Assembly: GCA_025358455.1 (NCBI GenBank) | Contig: JANYJP010000040.1 | Span: 1,758 to 65,757 of the forward strand | Length of the DNA: 64,000 nucleotides | Direction of reading: 5' to 3' | Origin: Bacteroidales bacterium | GTDB taxonomy: Bacteria; Bacteroidota; Bacteroidia; Bacteroidales; VadinHA17 | In this document: piece by piece, positions 10,330 to 19,269 of the stretch | How positions within the stretch are numbered: position 1 is the first letter of the stretch | Layout: the number at the start of each line of letters is the position of its first letter | The notes under the pieces: model-generated | Databases searched by the model: none | What the model was told of the DNA's origin: nothing | Seen by the model: the letters and a program-made list of their open reading frames with translations, nothing else | Position numbers and translations under genes: made by a program

Positions 10330-11040
10330 TTAATTTTTAATGGCTCTAATTATCTGCCTTTTCCCCGGAGGTCCCGGTAACAACGTAACTTCAAATCCAC
10401 AGGCTTTCAGATTTCTTTTTACCTCACCTTTTGCGGAGTATGTAACGAAAACTCCGTTTTTTTTTGTCATTGCAGCAATACCGGCAAACAACTCCTTTGT
10501 CCACATTTCCGGTTGTTTGTCAGGACCGAATGCATCAAAATAGATAAGATCATAAGTACCTTCAGGCGATTTTGATGTAAAATCTGCCTTAATTTTCTTC
10601 AGATTGAAATTATGACAGATATTCACATTTACATCCCAGAGTGAGGAATGGATCAGGTCAGAAATTTCTTTTCCATCTTTGCCGGCAAATTGATAATGAT
10701 TCAATGATCTGATCATATCTTTAGAAATAGGATATTTTTCGATTGTAGTATAATTGACCGGCCTTTCTCCTACACGGCTTTTAAGAGCAGTGAGCAGAGC
10801 ATTCAAACCGGTACCAAACCCAACCTCATAAATATTCAGAGGGTCAGCTTTACAATAGTCAAATCCGCTATTGATGAAAATATACGTTGATTCCTGAACT
10901 GCGCCATGAATTGAATGATAATGTTCATTCATCTCAGGAATATATATTGTATGTGATCCGTCGGAGGTAGTAATTAATTGATTCAATTTTCCTGTTTTAG
11001 CTGTTTTGATGGTTAATCCTGCCAGATCAAAACAATTCAC
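10330..11040 (-). CDS. mnmD: tRNA 5-methylaminomethyl-2-thiouridine methyltransferase MnmD (stand-alone MnmC methyltransferase domain)
   Basis: TTSDGSHTIYIPEMNEHYHSIHGAVQES, SAM motif YEVGFGTGLN, and DLIYFDAFGPDKQPEMW. The start is uncertain: GTG at 11040, with an alternative TTG near 10986. Confidence 0.7.
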   Translation of the reverse strand: MNCFDLAGLTIKTAKTGKLNQLITTSDGSHTIYIPEMNEHYHSIHGAVQESTYIFINSGFDYCKADPLNIYEVGFGTGLNALLTALKSRVGERPVNYTTIEKYPISKDMIRSLNHYQFAGKDGKEISDLIHSSLWDVNVNICHNFNLKKIKADFTSKSPEGTYDLIYFDAFGPDKQPEMWTKELFAGIAAMTKKNGVFVTYSAKGEVKRNLKACGFEVTLLPGPPGKRQIIRAIKN

Positions 11041-11178
11041 AATGTGTATTGTTCTTTTAGTAATGAATAGAAATTCAAAGGTTAAATAAATAATTAAAGG
11101 TATTGTAATAATTTTATTAACTGAAATTTGTGTTATTCAGGCGGTTATTTATGATGTATAAAATTAAAACATTTTGAA

Positions 11179-12120
11179 ATGAAAACAAAACAGACCAGAA
11201 GGGATTTCCTGAGATTATCTGCTACCGGTGCTATGGGCGCTGTAGTACTTTCAAAGGGCATGTTTAAGACAGGGTTGGGTACTTCTTCATTAATAAATCA
11301 GGCCGATCCCAAATCGTTTGGTATTGGACTTCAGTTATATACTATCCGCGAAGCAATGAATATGGATGTTCCCGGATCTCTGAAAAAAGTTTCTGATATA
11401 GGTTTTAAATACCTGGAACTGGCCGGTTATGAAAATGGAATGTTTTATGGAATCAAACCTGTTGAGTTTAGAAAAATGGTTAATGACCTGGGTATGGAAA
11501 TACTAAGCAGTCATACACAGGTTGAGATACCCGGCGATCCTGTGGATTATGCTAAGAAGCTGGCTGATGATCATGCAATTCTTGGTGCAAAATATTGTAT
11601 GCAGCCATGGGTAGAAGAAAAAGATCGGCATAGTATTGCCGGTTATCAGAAAATGGCTGCTCACTGGAACCAGGTTGGAGCAATAACGAAAAGAAATGGT
11701 ATCCGGTTTGGATATCATAATCACAATTTTGAATTTGATACTGTTGAAGGCAAGATTCCATATTTTGACGTTTTCATGGTAGAACTGGACAAAGAGCTTA
11801 TAACTATGGAACTTGACCTTTTCTGGACGATGAAAGCGGGACAGAATCCTGTTGAATTGTTCAAAAAATATCCTGGAAGGTTCCAGCTTTTCCATATGAA
11901 AGATATGGCAACAAAACAGGATCCGATCTTTACAACAAACGGAGTCTCTGATTTTGTCCCCGTAGGTGAAGGGTTAATTAATTTTAAAGAAATTCTCGCG
12001 GCAAAAGATATTGCAGGAATGAAACATATGTTTGTTGAACAGGATATTACCAAAGATGATAAACCCTTTGATGCCATTAAAACCAGCATTACGAACCTGA
12101 TAACAAAAATTATTGTATAG
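11179..12120 (+). CDS. TAT-exported sugar phosphate isomerase/epimerase (xylose isomerase-like TIM barrel)
   Basis: 313 aa. Twin-arginine motif TRRDFLRLSATGAMGA. TIM-barrel metal motifs include YHNHNFEF and MFVEQD. Confidence 0.8.
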   Translation: MKTKQTRRDFLRLSATGAMGAVVLSKGMFKTGLGTSSLINQADPKSFGIGLQLYTIREAMNMDVPGSLKKVSDIGFKYLELAGYENGMFYGIKPVEFRKMVNDLGMEILSSHTQVEIPGDPVDYAKKLADDHAILGAKYCMQPWVEEKDRHSIAGYQKMAAHWNQVGAITKRNGIRFGYHNHNFEFDTVEGKIPYFDVFMVELDKELITMELDLFWTMKAGQNPVELFKKYPGRFQLFHMKDMATKQDPIFTTNGVSDFVPVGEGLINFKEILAAKDIAGMKHMFVEQDITKDDKPFDAIKTSITNLITKIIV

Positions 12121-12145
12121 ATATATATGGAAACCAGATATCAGA

Positions 12146-12173
12146 GCCTGGCACATTAACTGCCGGGTTTTTT
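12146..12173 (+). terminator. Probable rho-independent terminator after the isomerase gene
   Basis: GCCTGGCAcattaacTGCCGGG followed by TTTTTT. The stem has about 7 bp, including one G-U pair. Confidence 0.45.
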
Positions 12174-12285
12174 ACTTCCGTCATGGTACACTAATAATAC
12201 TCAATGGCTCATTTGGATTTTTTATTCAGATTAATTGATTTAATAATTATATTTGTCCTATTAAAGCCAGAAGGCTTTTTTTATC

Positions 12286-12678
12286 ATGAACAGGATCATC
12301 AGGAAAATACAAGTTGTTTTACTCTTCATTGCCGGATTGGCAATAATGGCTCATATGATAATCCCTCATGACCATCATCCATTGGATTCATTTATCAGTC
12401 AGAAAGATACTTGTCCTGCTTCAAAAGATAAAACTCATCATCCGGCAGGCTTCCCTGTTCATTGTCATGCCTGTAATGACCTTACATCTGAAAAGTCTTC
12501 AAACCTGATAGTATCCGGGAATTTACATTATAACTTTTTTGTAACTGATGCTGTATCTAATGAAACCAGACTTCAGCTATTTATCCTGGAATCAACAATT
12601 TATGATATTACGGATATCCTTTTTATTTCTGAAACTTCAGATTTATTCTTTCTAAGAGCTCCCCCGGCTTTAAGTTAA
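12286..12678 (+). CDS. Small His/Cys-rich membrane-anchored hypothetical protein upstream of the RND metal pump
   Basis: 130 aa. One N-terminal hydrophobic helix (VVLLFIAGLAIMAHMII) is followed by HDHHPLD...CPASKDKTHHPAGFPVHCHACND. I do not recognise a family. Confidence 0.5.
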   Translation: MNRIIRKIQVVLLFIAGLAIMAHMIIPHDHHPLDSFISQKDTCPASKDKTHHPAGFPVHCHACNDLTSEKSSNLIVSGNLHYNFFVTDAVSNETRLQLFILESTIYDITDILFISETSDLFFLRAPPALS

Positions 12679-12739
12679 TTGCTTCATCAATGCAATGTTG
12701 ATTGTGGATATCAGAGACTATCCGCAAACGCATGTTTTT

Positions 12740-12757
12740 AGTTTATAACTATAAACT
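12740..12757. promoter_or_regulatory. 18-bp palindrome upstream of czcA (candidate operator)
   Basis: AGTTTATA-ac-TATAAACT. Perfect 8-bp inverted arms, 60 nt upstream of the czcA start. Confidence 0.25.
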
Positions 12758-12816
12758 CCTGAAGTTTTTACCTTAATATCCCAAATGATTTCAAACCTTA
12801 AAATTATTTCCAGGTA

Positions 12817-15800
12817 ATGATAGATCGAATTATCACATTTTCAATAAGAAATAAATTCATAATCGGATTATTCGTACTGGCTCTTATCGGTTGGGGCGCC
12901 TACTCGTTAACAAAGCTCCCGATAGATGCTATTCCGGATATTACAAATAACCAGGTGCAGGTCATTTCACTTGCCCCTTCACTGGCAGTACAGGAAGTTG
13001 AAAGTTTCATAACCGCACCAATAGAAGTTGCGGTCGCCAATATACCAGACATAATTGAGCTCAGGTCGATATCTCGTTTGGGCTTGTCAGTAATTACTGT
13101 GGTATTTGAAGACGGGGTTGATGTTTATTGGGCCAGGCAGCAACTTAGCGAACGTCTGAAAGAAGCTGAAGAGGTCATCCCCCCGGGACTGGCCCAGATT
13201 TCTCTTGCTCCGATCTCCACAGGGCTGGGCGAAATATTCCAATATCGTCTTGCTGTGAAAAAGGGTTATGAAAAAGAATATAATCCTATGGAGCTTAGGA
13301 CATTACAGGATTGGGTAATACGCAGAGAAATGCTTGGCACTCCGGGTGTTGCAGATATAAACAGTTATGGCGGTTTTGTAAAACAGTATGAAATAGCAGT
13401 AAATCCTGAAAGGCTCAGGGGAATGAAACTTACTCTTACAGATATTTTTACTGCTCTTGAAAAAAATAATGAAAACACCGGAAGCGCTTATATCGATAAA
13501 AAGCCAAATGCATATTTTATAAGGGGTATAGGCCTGGTTAAAACAATTGATGATATTGAAAAAATTGTAGTAAAAACAAATAGTACAGGCATTCCTGTTT
13601 TAATCAGGGACATTGCAACGGTTCAGTTTGGCAGTGCTACCCGCTACGGGGCATTGGTTGTGGATACAACCGAAGCGGTCGGAGGAGTGGTAATGATGCT
13701 GAAAGGTGCAAATGCCCATGAGGTAATCGAAAATGTCGCCAGCAGAATTGAATCGATACAAAAATCATTACCCAAAGAAGTAAAAATAGAACCATACCTT
13801 AACAGGTCTGATTTGGTAGGAAGATCTATTGGAACAGTTTCAAGAAACCTTATTGAAGGTGCATTAATCGTCATATTTATCCTGGTTATTCTGCTTGGAA
13901 ATATGAGGGCGGGGCTGATTGTAGCTTCAGTAATTCCTCTTGCCATGTTATTTGCTGTTTCCATGATGAATCTTTTCGGGGTTTCGGGTAACCTGATGAG
14001 TCTCGGCGCTATTGACTTTGGACTTATAGTTGATGGTGCAGTTATTATAGTTGAAAGTGTTGTTCACAGAATTTCTCTGAGCAGGCACCATCACCCTGGA
14101 GTAGCAGTTCTATCTCAGTCACAGATGGATGAAAATGTACTTGATTCTGCCAAAAGGATGATGAGCTCAGCAACATTTGGTCAGATAATTATCCTGATTG
14201 TTTATTTACCGATAATGGCACTTGTGGGAATCGAAGGTAAAATGTTCCGTCCTATGGCACAGGTAGTTACTTTTGCACTTTTCGGGGCTGCAATTCTATC
14301 GCTTACCTATGTTCCGATGGCCTCGGCATTGTTCCTGAGTAAGAAAACAGAACACAAACCGGGTTTTTCTGACCAGATTATGGATTGGTCGCGAAGAGTC
14401 TTTGATCCGGCAATTGCATTTGCCCTGAAACGGAAATTTCTGGTTTCTGTATCGGCAGTTGCGCTTTTTCTGTTCAGCCTTTTCCTGTTCAGCCGCTTAG
14501 GCGGTGAATTTATTCCACAACTCGAAGAAGGAGATCTGGCTTCAGGCGTAATGACTCTTCAGGGAGGATCACTTTCCAATACTATTGATAAAGTGATTAT
14601 GGCAAATAAAATTTTACTTGAGAATTTCCCTGAGATTAAACATGCTGTTTGCAAGATCGGAGCAGGGGAGATACCTACTGATCCAACACCAATGGAAACA
14701 GGTGATTACATTATAACTTTGAAAGATAAAAGTGAATGGGTTTCTGCCACTACCAGGGACGAGCTTGTTGCAAAGATGGAGGAAAAACTTGTAGTACTGG
14801 CTGGTGTCAAGTTCGAATTTCAGCAACCTATTCAGATGAGATTCAATGAATTAATGTCTGGCTCAAAACAGGATATTGCAATTAAAATATTTGGGGATGA
14901 CCTGACTATACTTGCGGAAAAAGCTGCTGAAGTTGAAGAGATCATTCAGACTATAGCCGGTGTTCAGGATATTAACGTCGAGAAAGTTACCGGTCTTGCC
15001 CAGATACAGGTTGAGTATAACCGCGACAGGCTTGCTCAGTATGGCCTTTCAATTGAGGACGTAAACCGTGTACTGCGATCTGCTTTTGCCGGTAGTCAGG
15101 CCGGGGTCGTATTTGATGAAGAAAAACGATTTGGTCTGGTTGTACGTCTCGATAAAGATTATCGAAAAAACCTTGACGATATAAAGAACCTGACAGTAGC
15201 GCTGCCTGATGGAAATCAGATCCCATTTGAACTGGTTGCAGACATTTCAGTGAAATCAGGACCTGCCCAGGTCTCAAGGGAGGATACAAAACGCAGGATC
15301 ACTATTGGATTTAATGTGAGAGGGCGGGATATCCAAAGCGTAATTAATGATGTTAAAACCCGGGTAGATGAGAAAATAAAACTTCCTACAGGCTATTATA
15401 TTGCCTATGGAGGTCAGTTTAAAAACCTGGAGGCGGCGCAAAAAAGACTTTCAATTGCAGTTCCGATAGCACTTCTTTTAATCTTCGTACTGCTTTATTT
15501 TACATTTAATTCAGTGAAACAATCACTTTTAATTTTTTCGTGTGTCCCAATGTCGGCCATAGGAGGTGTTCTCGCTCTTTCGCTTAGGGGAATGAATTTT
15601 TCCATCTCAGCAGGAGTGGGTTTTATTGCTTTGTTCGGGGTTGCTGTACTTAATGGAATTGTTCTGATTGCCGAATTTAACCGGCTCGAAAAAGAAGGAA
15701 TTACTGATATATCCCAACGTGTATTGAAAGGACTCCATATCCGGTTGCGCCCTGTGATAATGACTGCCGCGGTAGCCTCCCTGGGATTTCTTCCAATGGC

Positions 15801-17208
15801 TCTCTCGACCTCCGCGGGCGCCGAAGTACAAAAACCTCTTGCTACAGTTGTTATAGGCGGACTTATAACTGCAACCCTTCTGACATTGATTATCCTGCCT
15901 GTTTTTTATGTAATTTTTTCAACGGGAGGCACAAAGCAGAGGCTTAGAAGAAAAATCGGGTTTAAGCAATCATTAGTTTTTCTTCTGCTTTTAGGAACCT
16001 CATTCTTAAATACCGTAAGCGGACAACCTACCCGAAGAATGAATTTGCACGAAGCTATCCAGACAGCATTGGATAGCAACCTTGCAATCAAATCTGCTTC
16101 TTTTTCGATCGCCGGAAAAAGAGCTCTTAAAGGAGCTTCGATTGATATTCCAAAAACAGCTTTAGATGGTCAGTTTGGCCAGTTTAACTCTTATACTAAT
16201 GACAATAGTTACGCAGTATCCCAATCCTTTGCTTTTCCAACTGTATATTTAAACAAGTACAGGCTCGCCGATGCTAATATTAAAAGCAGTGAATTACAGT
16301 TTAATATATCAAAGCTCGAAATAGCAACCCAGGTGAAACAGGTTTACTGGCAATATGTTTACCTGGCAGCAAAGCAGAAATTGTTGGTATACCAGGATAG
16401 CCTGTATTCCGGATTACTCAGGGCTGCAGAATTAAGAGCAAATTCGGGCGAGACAAACAAGCTTGATATGATAACTGCCCGGTCACAAAGCCTTGAAGTA
16501 AAAAACCAGCTGTTTCAGGTCAGAGCTGACATAGGAATTTACAGCCGGAAACTTATGCTTCTGCTGAATAGTTCATCTTTGCCGGTACCCGCAGATGATA
16601 ACCTTCACAGAAATGATTTTTCACTTATTACAGATAGCATATCTGTTGAACAAAATCCATCCCTTGGTTATGCACGACACCAGGTTGAAGTTGCTAAAAT
16701 TCAAAAAAAACTTGAGCGTAGCCAGATGCTTCCTGACCTGAATGTAGGATATTTCAGCCAGACAATTATTGGTACTCAGGACGTTAAAGGTGTGACAAGA
16801 AACTTCGGGCAGGGATTCAGGTTTACTGGAGTCCAGGCGGGTATTTCAGTACCTATCTGGTTTGTCCCATATACTGCCCGGTCAAAGGCCGCAAAGATCA
16901 TTGAAAATGCTGCCCGTATAGATGCTGAATATATTAACAAATCTGTATCAGGAAGTTATCGTTCGTTACTCGATGAATACAGCAAATTTTCTTCAAGTGT
17001 AGATTATTATGAGAAACAGGCCGTACCTGAAGCCGAACTAATAATTGATCAGGCAACCAGGGCATATAAAGCAGGGGCTCTCGACTATCTTGATTATGTA
17101 CTTACACTGAATAGGGCATTAGCTATTAAACAGAGTTTTATTGATGCGCTGAACAATTGCAATCAGACAATAATTTCAATTGAATATATTACCGGTAAAA
17201 TTTTTTAA
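12817..17208 (+). CDS. czcA: CusA/CzcA-family heavy-metal RND transporter fused in-frame to a TolC/CzcC-like outer-membrane factor
   Basis: 1463 aa. Residues 1 to about 1040 are a typical 12-TM CzcA (MIDRIITFSIRNKF..., GAIDFGLIVDGAVIIVE). A basic stretch and a hydrophobic segment follow (KQRLRRKIGFKQSLVFLLLLGTSFLNTVSG). About 395 aa of TolC-like sequence then follow (RRMNLHEAIQTALDSNLAIKSA...). Confidence 0.9.
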   Translation: MIDRIITFSIRNKFIIGLFVLALIGWGAYSLTKLPIDAIPDITNNQVQVISLAPSLAVQEVESFITAPIEVAVANIPDIIELRSISRLGLSVITVVFEDGVDVYWARQQLSERLKEAEEVIPPGLAQISLAPISTGLGEIFQYRLAVKKGYEKEYNPMELRTLQDWVIRREMLGTPGVADINSYGGFVKQYEIAVNPERLRGMKLTLTDIFTALEKNNENTGSAYIDKKPNAYFIRGIGLVKTIDDIEKIVVKTNSTGIPVLIRDIATVQFGSATRYGALVVDTTEAVGGVVMMLKGANAHEVIENVASRIESIQKSLPKEVKIEPYLNRSDLVGRSIGTVSRNLIEGALIVIFILVILLGNMRAGLIVASVIPLAMLFAVSMMNLFGVSGNLMSLGAIDFGLIVDGAVIIVESVVHRISLSRHHHPGVAVLSQSQMDENVLDSAKRMMSSATFGQIIILIVYLPIMALVGIEGKMFRPMAQVVTFALFGAAILSLTYVPMASALFLSKKTEHKPGFSDQIMDWSRRVFDPAIAFALKRKFLVSVSAVALFLFSLFLFSRLGGEFIPQLEEGDLASGVMTLQGGSLSNTIDKVIMANKILLENFPEIKHAVCKIGAGEIPTDPTPMETGDYIITLKDKSEWVSATTRDELVAKMEEKLVVLAGVKFEFQQPIQMRFNELMSGSKQDIAIKIFGDDLTILAEKAAEVEEIIQTIAGVQDINVEKVTGLAQIQVEYNRDRLAQYGLSIEDVNRVLRSAFAGSQAGVVFDEEKRFGLVVRLDKDYRKNLDDIKNLTVALPDGNQIPFELVADISVKSGPAQVSREDTKRRITIGFNVRGRDIQSVINDVKTRVDEKIKLPTGYYIAYGGQFKNLEAAQKRLSIAVPIALLLIFVLLYFTFNSVKQSLLIFSCVPMSAIGGVLALSLRGMNFSISAGVGFIALFGVAVLNGIVLIAEFNRLEKEGITDISQRVLKGLHIRLRPVIMTAAVASLGFLPMALSTSAGAEVQKPLATVVIGGLITATLLTLIILPVFYVIFSTGGTKQRLRRKIGFKQSLVFLLLLGTSFLNTVSGQPTRRMNLHEAIQTALDSNLAIKSASFSIAGKRALKGASIDIPKTALDGQFGQFNSYTNDNSYAVSQSFAFPTVYLNKYRLADANIKSSELQFNISKLEIATQVKQVYWQYVYLAAKQKLLVYQDSLYSGLLRAAELRANSGETNKLDMITARSQSLEVKNQLFQVRADIGIYSRKLMLLLNSSSLPVPADDNLHRNDFSLITDSISVEQNPSLGYARHQVEVAKIQKKLERSQMLPDLNVGYFSQTIIGTQDVKGVTRNFGQGFRFTGVQAGISVPIWFVPYTARSKAAKIIENAARIDAEYINKSVSGSYRSLLDEYSKFSSSVDYYEKQAVPEAELIIDQATRAYKAGALDYLDYVLTLNRALAIKQSFIDALNNCNQTIISIEYITGKIF

Positions 17209-17211
17209 AAA

Positions 17212-18405
17212 ATGAATATCATGACTAACATAAATTATAAAAAATCATTATTCTTTTTAGCAGCGGTTGTTTTCCTGTTTTCATGTAACAAAGGGACTAA
17301 ATCCCCGGTTGGAAAAGCTGTAACAGAAGTATTGCCTGAAGATATTGTAGAATTACGGGCAGATCAGATTAAGCTTGCCAGGGTAGAATTGGGATCTGTG
17401 GAGTTGCGATCAATGGGAACCATTTTAAAAGTGAATGGTAAAGTCTCAGTTGCACCTCAGAACCAGGCAACTGTATGTATGCCTCTCGGAGGCTTTATTA
17501 AAAAAACGAACCTGCTGCCCGGCAATAATGTTAACAAAGGTCAGACTCTTGCAGTTATTGAGAATCAGGATTTTGTTGATATCCAGCAGAATTATCTTGA
17601 AGCAAAGAATAAACTTGTATTTGCCGAGGCAGATTTTAAACGTCATTCAGAATTGTACAAGAGTGACGTTTACTCGGAACAAAACCTTCAACAAGTCACC
17701 GTTGAATACAAGAATCTGAAAGCACAGGTAAAATCCCTGGAGCAGAAACTTATTCTTATTGGGATATTGCCTGACGGTCTTAACGAAGATAATATAAGCA
17801 GTACAGTTAACCTTATATCACCTATAAACGGATTCCTGAAATCTGTAAATGTCAATATTGGGAAATATGTATCGCCAACTGATGTGCTTTTCGAGATTAT
17901 AAACAGTGATAAACTATTTCTGGAATTGACTCTTTTTGAAAGGGATGCTGATAAAGTATTAGCAGGTCAGAATATCAGGTTTTTAATTAATAATGAAACT
18001 GAAGAACACCGTGCCCTGATTACACAAACCGGGAAATCGGTAAGTGATGATAATACGTTTAGTGTATATGCTACTGTAATTAACCCATGTAAAAACCTTT
18101 TACCAGGGATGTATGTAAATGCCTTCATTGAAGAGTCGGAAGCCAAAGTAGCCTCTCTTCCTTCTGAGTCAGTGGTAAGCTTTGATGACAAGGATTTCAT
18201 TTTTATTTTCGAGAGAGATAAAACAGAAGCCGGAAACCAATTTTCAGAATACAGGATGATAGAAGTAATTAAAGGTGTTTCAGCTTCTGGCTTTACTGAA
18301 ATACGCGTTCCTGAAGGTATCGATATTAATACTGCTAAAATAGTAACTAAAGGCGCCTATAACCTTTTGTCTGCCAAGAAGAATGCCGGGGAAATGGCTT
18401 GCTAG
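17212..18405 (+). CDS. czcB: Efflux RND periplasmic adaptor (membrane fusion protein, CzcB-like)
   Basis: 397 aa. Lipoprotein-like N-terminus (VFLFSCNKG). HlyD-type coiled-coil and barrel regions. The start lies 3 nt after the czcA-fusion stop. Confidence 0.85.
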   Translation: MNIMTNINYKKSLFFLAAVVFLFSCNKGTKSPVGKAVTEVLPEDIVELRADQIKLARVELGSVELRSMGTILKVNGKVSVAPQNQATVCMPLGGFIKKTNLLPGNNVNKGQTLAVIENQDFVDIQQNYLEAKNKLVFAEADFKRHSELYKSDVYSEQNLQQVTVEYKNLKAQVKSLEQKLILIGILPDGLNEDNISSTVNLISPINGFLKSVNVNIGKYVSPTDVLFEIINSDKLFLELTLFERDADKVLAGQNIRFLINNETEEHRALITQTGKSVSDDNTFSVYATVINPCKNLLPGMYVNAFIEESEAKVASLPSESVVSFDDKDFIFIFERDKTEAGNQFSEYRMIEVIKGVSASGFTEIRVPEGIDINTAKIVTKGAYNLLSAKKNAGEMAC

Positions 18406-18426
18406 GAGCTTCCAGCCATCAGTTTG

Positions 18427-19026
18427 TTACCAATTCGAGTCATACCACGACCTGACATCGGTTGGCGTCATTCCGGCTTCCAGTGCAGCCTCTAAACCAA
18501 GATCACCATCTTCGAAAACCTCAATAAATTGCGGGTCGATATTCATAAGCCCGGCACATTTGAGGAAAGTTTCGGGATGAGGTTTGAAGTTGTCAACATC
18601 GTTGGCGGTTATAATAATATCAAAATATTTTCTAAGGCCTGTAATTTCAAGAGTTCTTTCAACTGCTTCCCTGTGCCCTCCTGTCCCGACTGCCATCGGT
18701 AATATCCCGTAATATTTTTTTACAATTTCTACTACAGGTAATATAGGCTTAACCTTAGGCTGATCTTTATAAAACTCTGTCAGCTTTTCCTCCACAATCT
18801 GGTCGATTGTAACAGTACCGTCAAGATTGCACTTCTTTATAATCTCATCAGCAATTAACCATCCCGGGCTGCCCGTATGTTTCCTGAGAAATGCAGTATC
18901 GATTTCTGCACCAAATTTTTCACAGGCAATTTTCCATCCCCTAAAATGATATGGCATTGTGTCAGCCAGAGTACCGTCCAGATCAAAAATAAGTCCTTTA
19001 ATTCCGGGTTTTATGTCGTATTGCAT
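18427..19026 (-). CDS. HAD-superfamily hydrolase (beta-phosphoglucomutase-like subfamily IA)
   Basis: 199 aa. Motif I is FDLDGTLADT. The distal motif is VFEDGDLGLEAA. Confidence 0.85.
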   Translation of the reverse strand: MQYDIKPGIKGLIFDLDGTLADTMPYHFRGWKIACEKFGAEIDTAFLRKHTGSPGWLIADEIIKKCNLDGTVTIDQIVEEKLTEFYKDQPKVKPILPVVEIVKKYYGILPMAVGTGGHREAVERTLEITGLRKYFDIIITANDVDNFKPHPETFLKCAGLMNIDPQFIEVFEDGDLGLEAALEAGMTPTDVRSWYDSNW

Positions 19027-19104
19027 TTTTTATAATTGTTGCGCAAAGGTAAAAAGAAATATGAATGGGGAAAATCTCTTTATTATATCTTCTTTCTTCT
19101 ATGG

Positions 19105-19147
19105 TTTCTTGTCAGGGAAACAGGAATTGGTAGTTCCTGACAAGAAA
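19105..19147. promoter_or_regulatory. Long inverted repeat in a divergent intergenic region (candidate operator or structured element)
   Basis: TTTCTTGTCAGG-(19 nt)-CCTGACAAGAAA. Perfect 12-bp arms, lying between the divergently transcribed HAD and kinase genes. Confidence 0.3.
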
Positions 19148-19269
19148 TCTGTATAATTGAAAGCAATTTCCTATATTGTGAAATTAACATATCTGGAGAC
19201 TTATCAACAATATTCAATTTGAAATAAGAATTCAAAGTCTCCTCCATAATTTTCTTAATAGTGGCAGAA

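Noticed and set aside
11503-12156. Cluster of minus-strand ORFs (130, 122, 69 and 60 aa) opposite the sugar phosphate isomerase gene
   Set aside because: These are antisense shadow frames of a well-supported CDS. Such frames are typical of AT-rich genomes. No start context or motifs.
12262-12283. Small hairpin AAAGCCagaaGGCTTT plus T-run just before the ATG at 12286, considered as a terminator or attenuator
   Set aside because: The stem is only 5-6 bp. A better terminator for the upstream gene exists at 12146-12173, so the function is unsupported.
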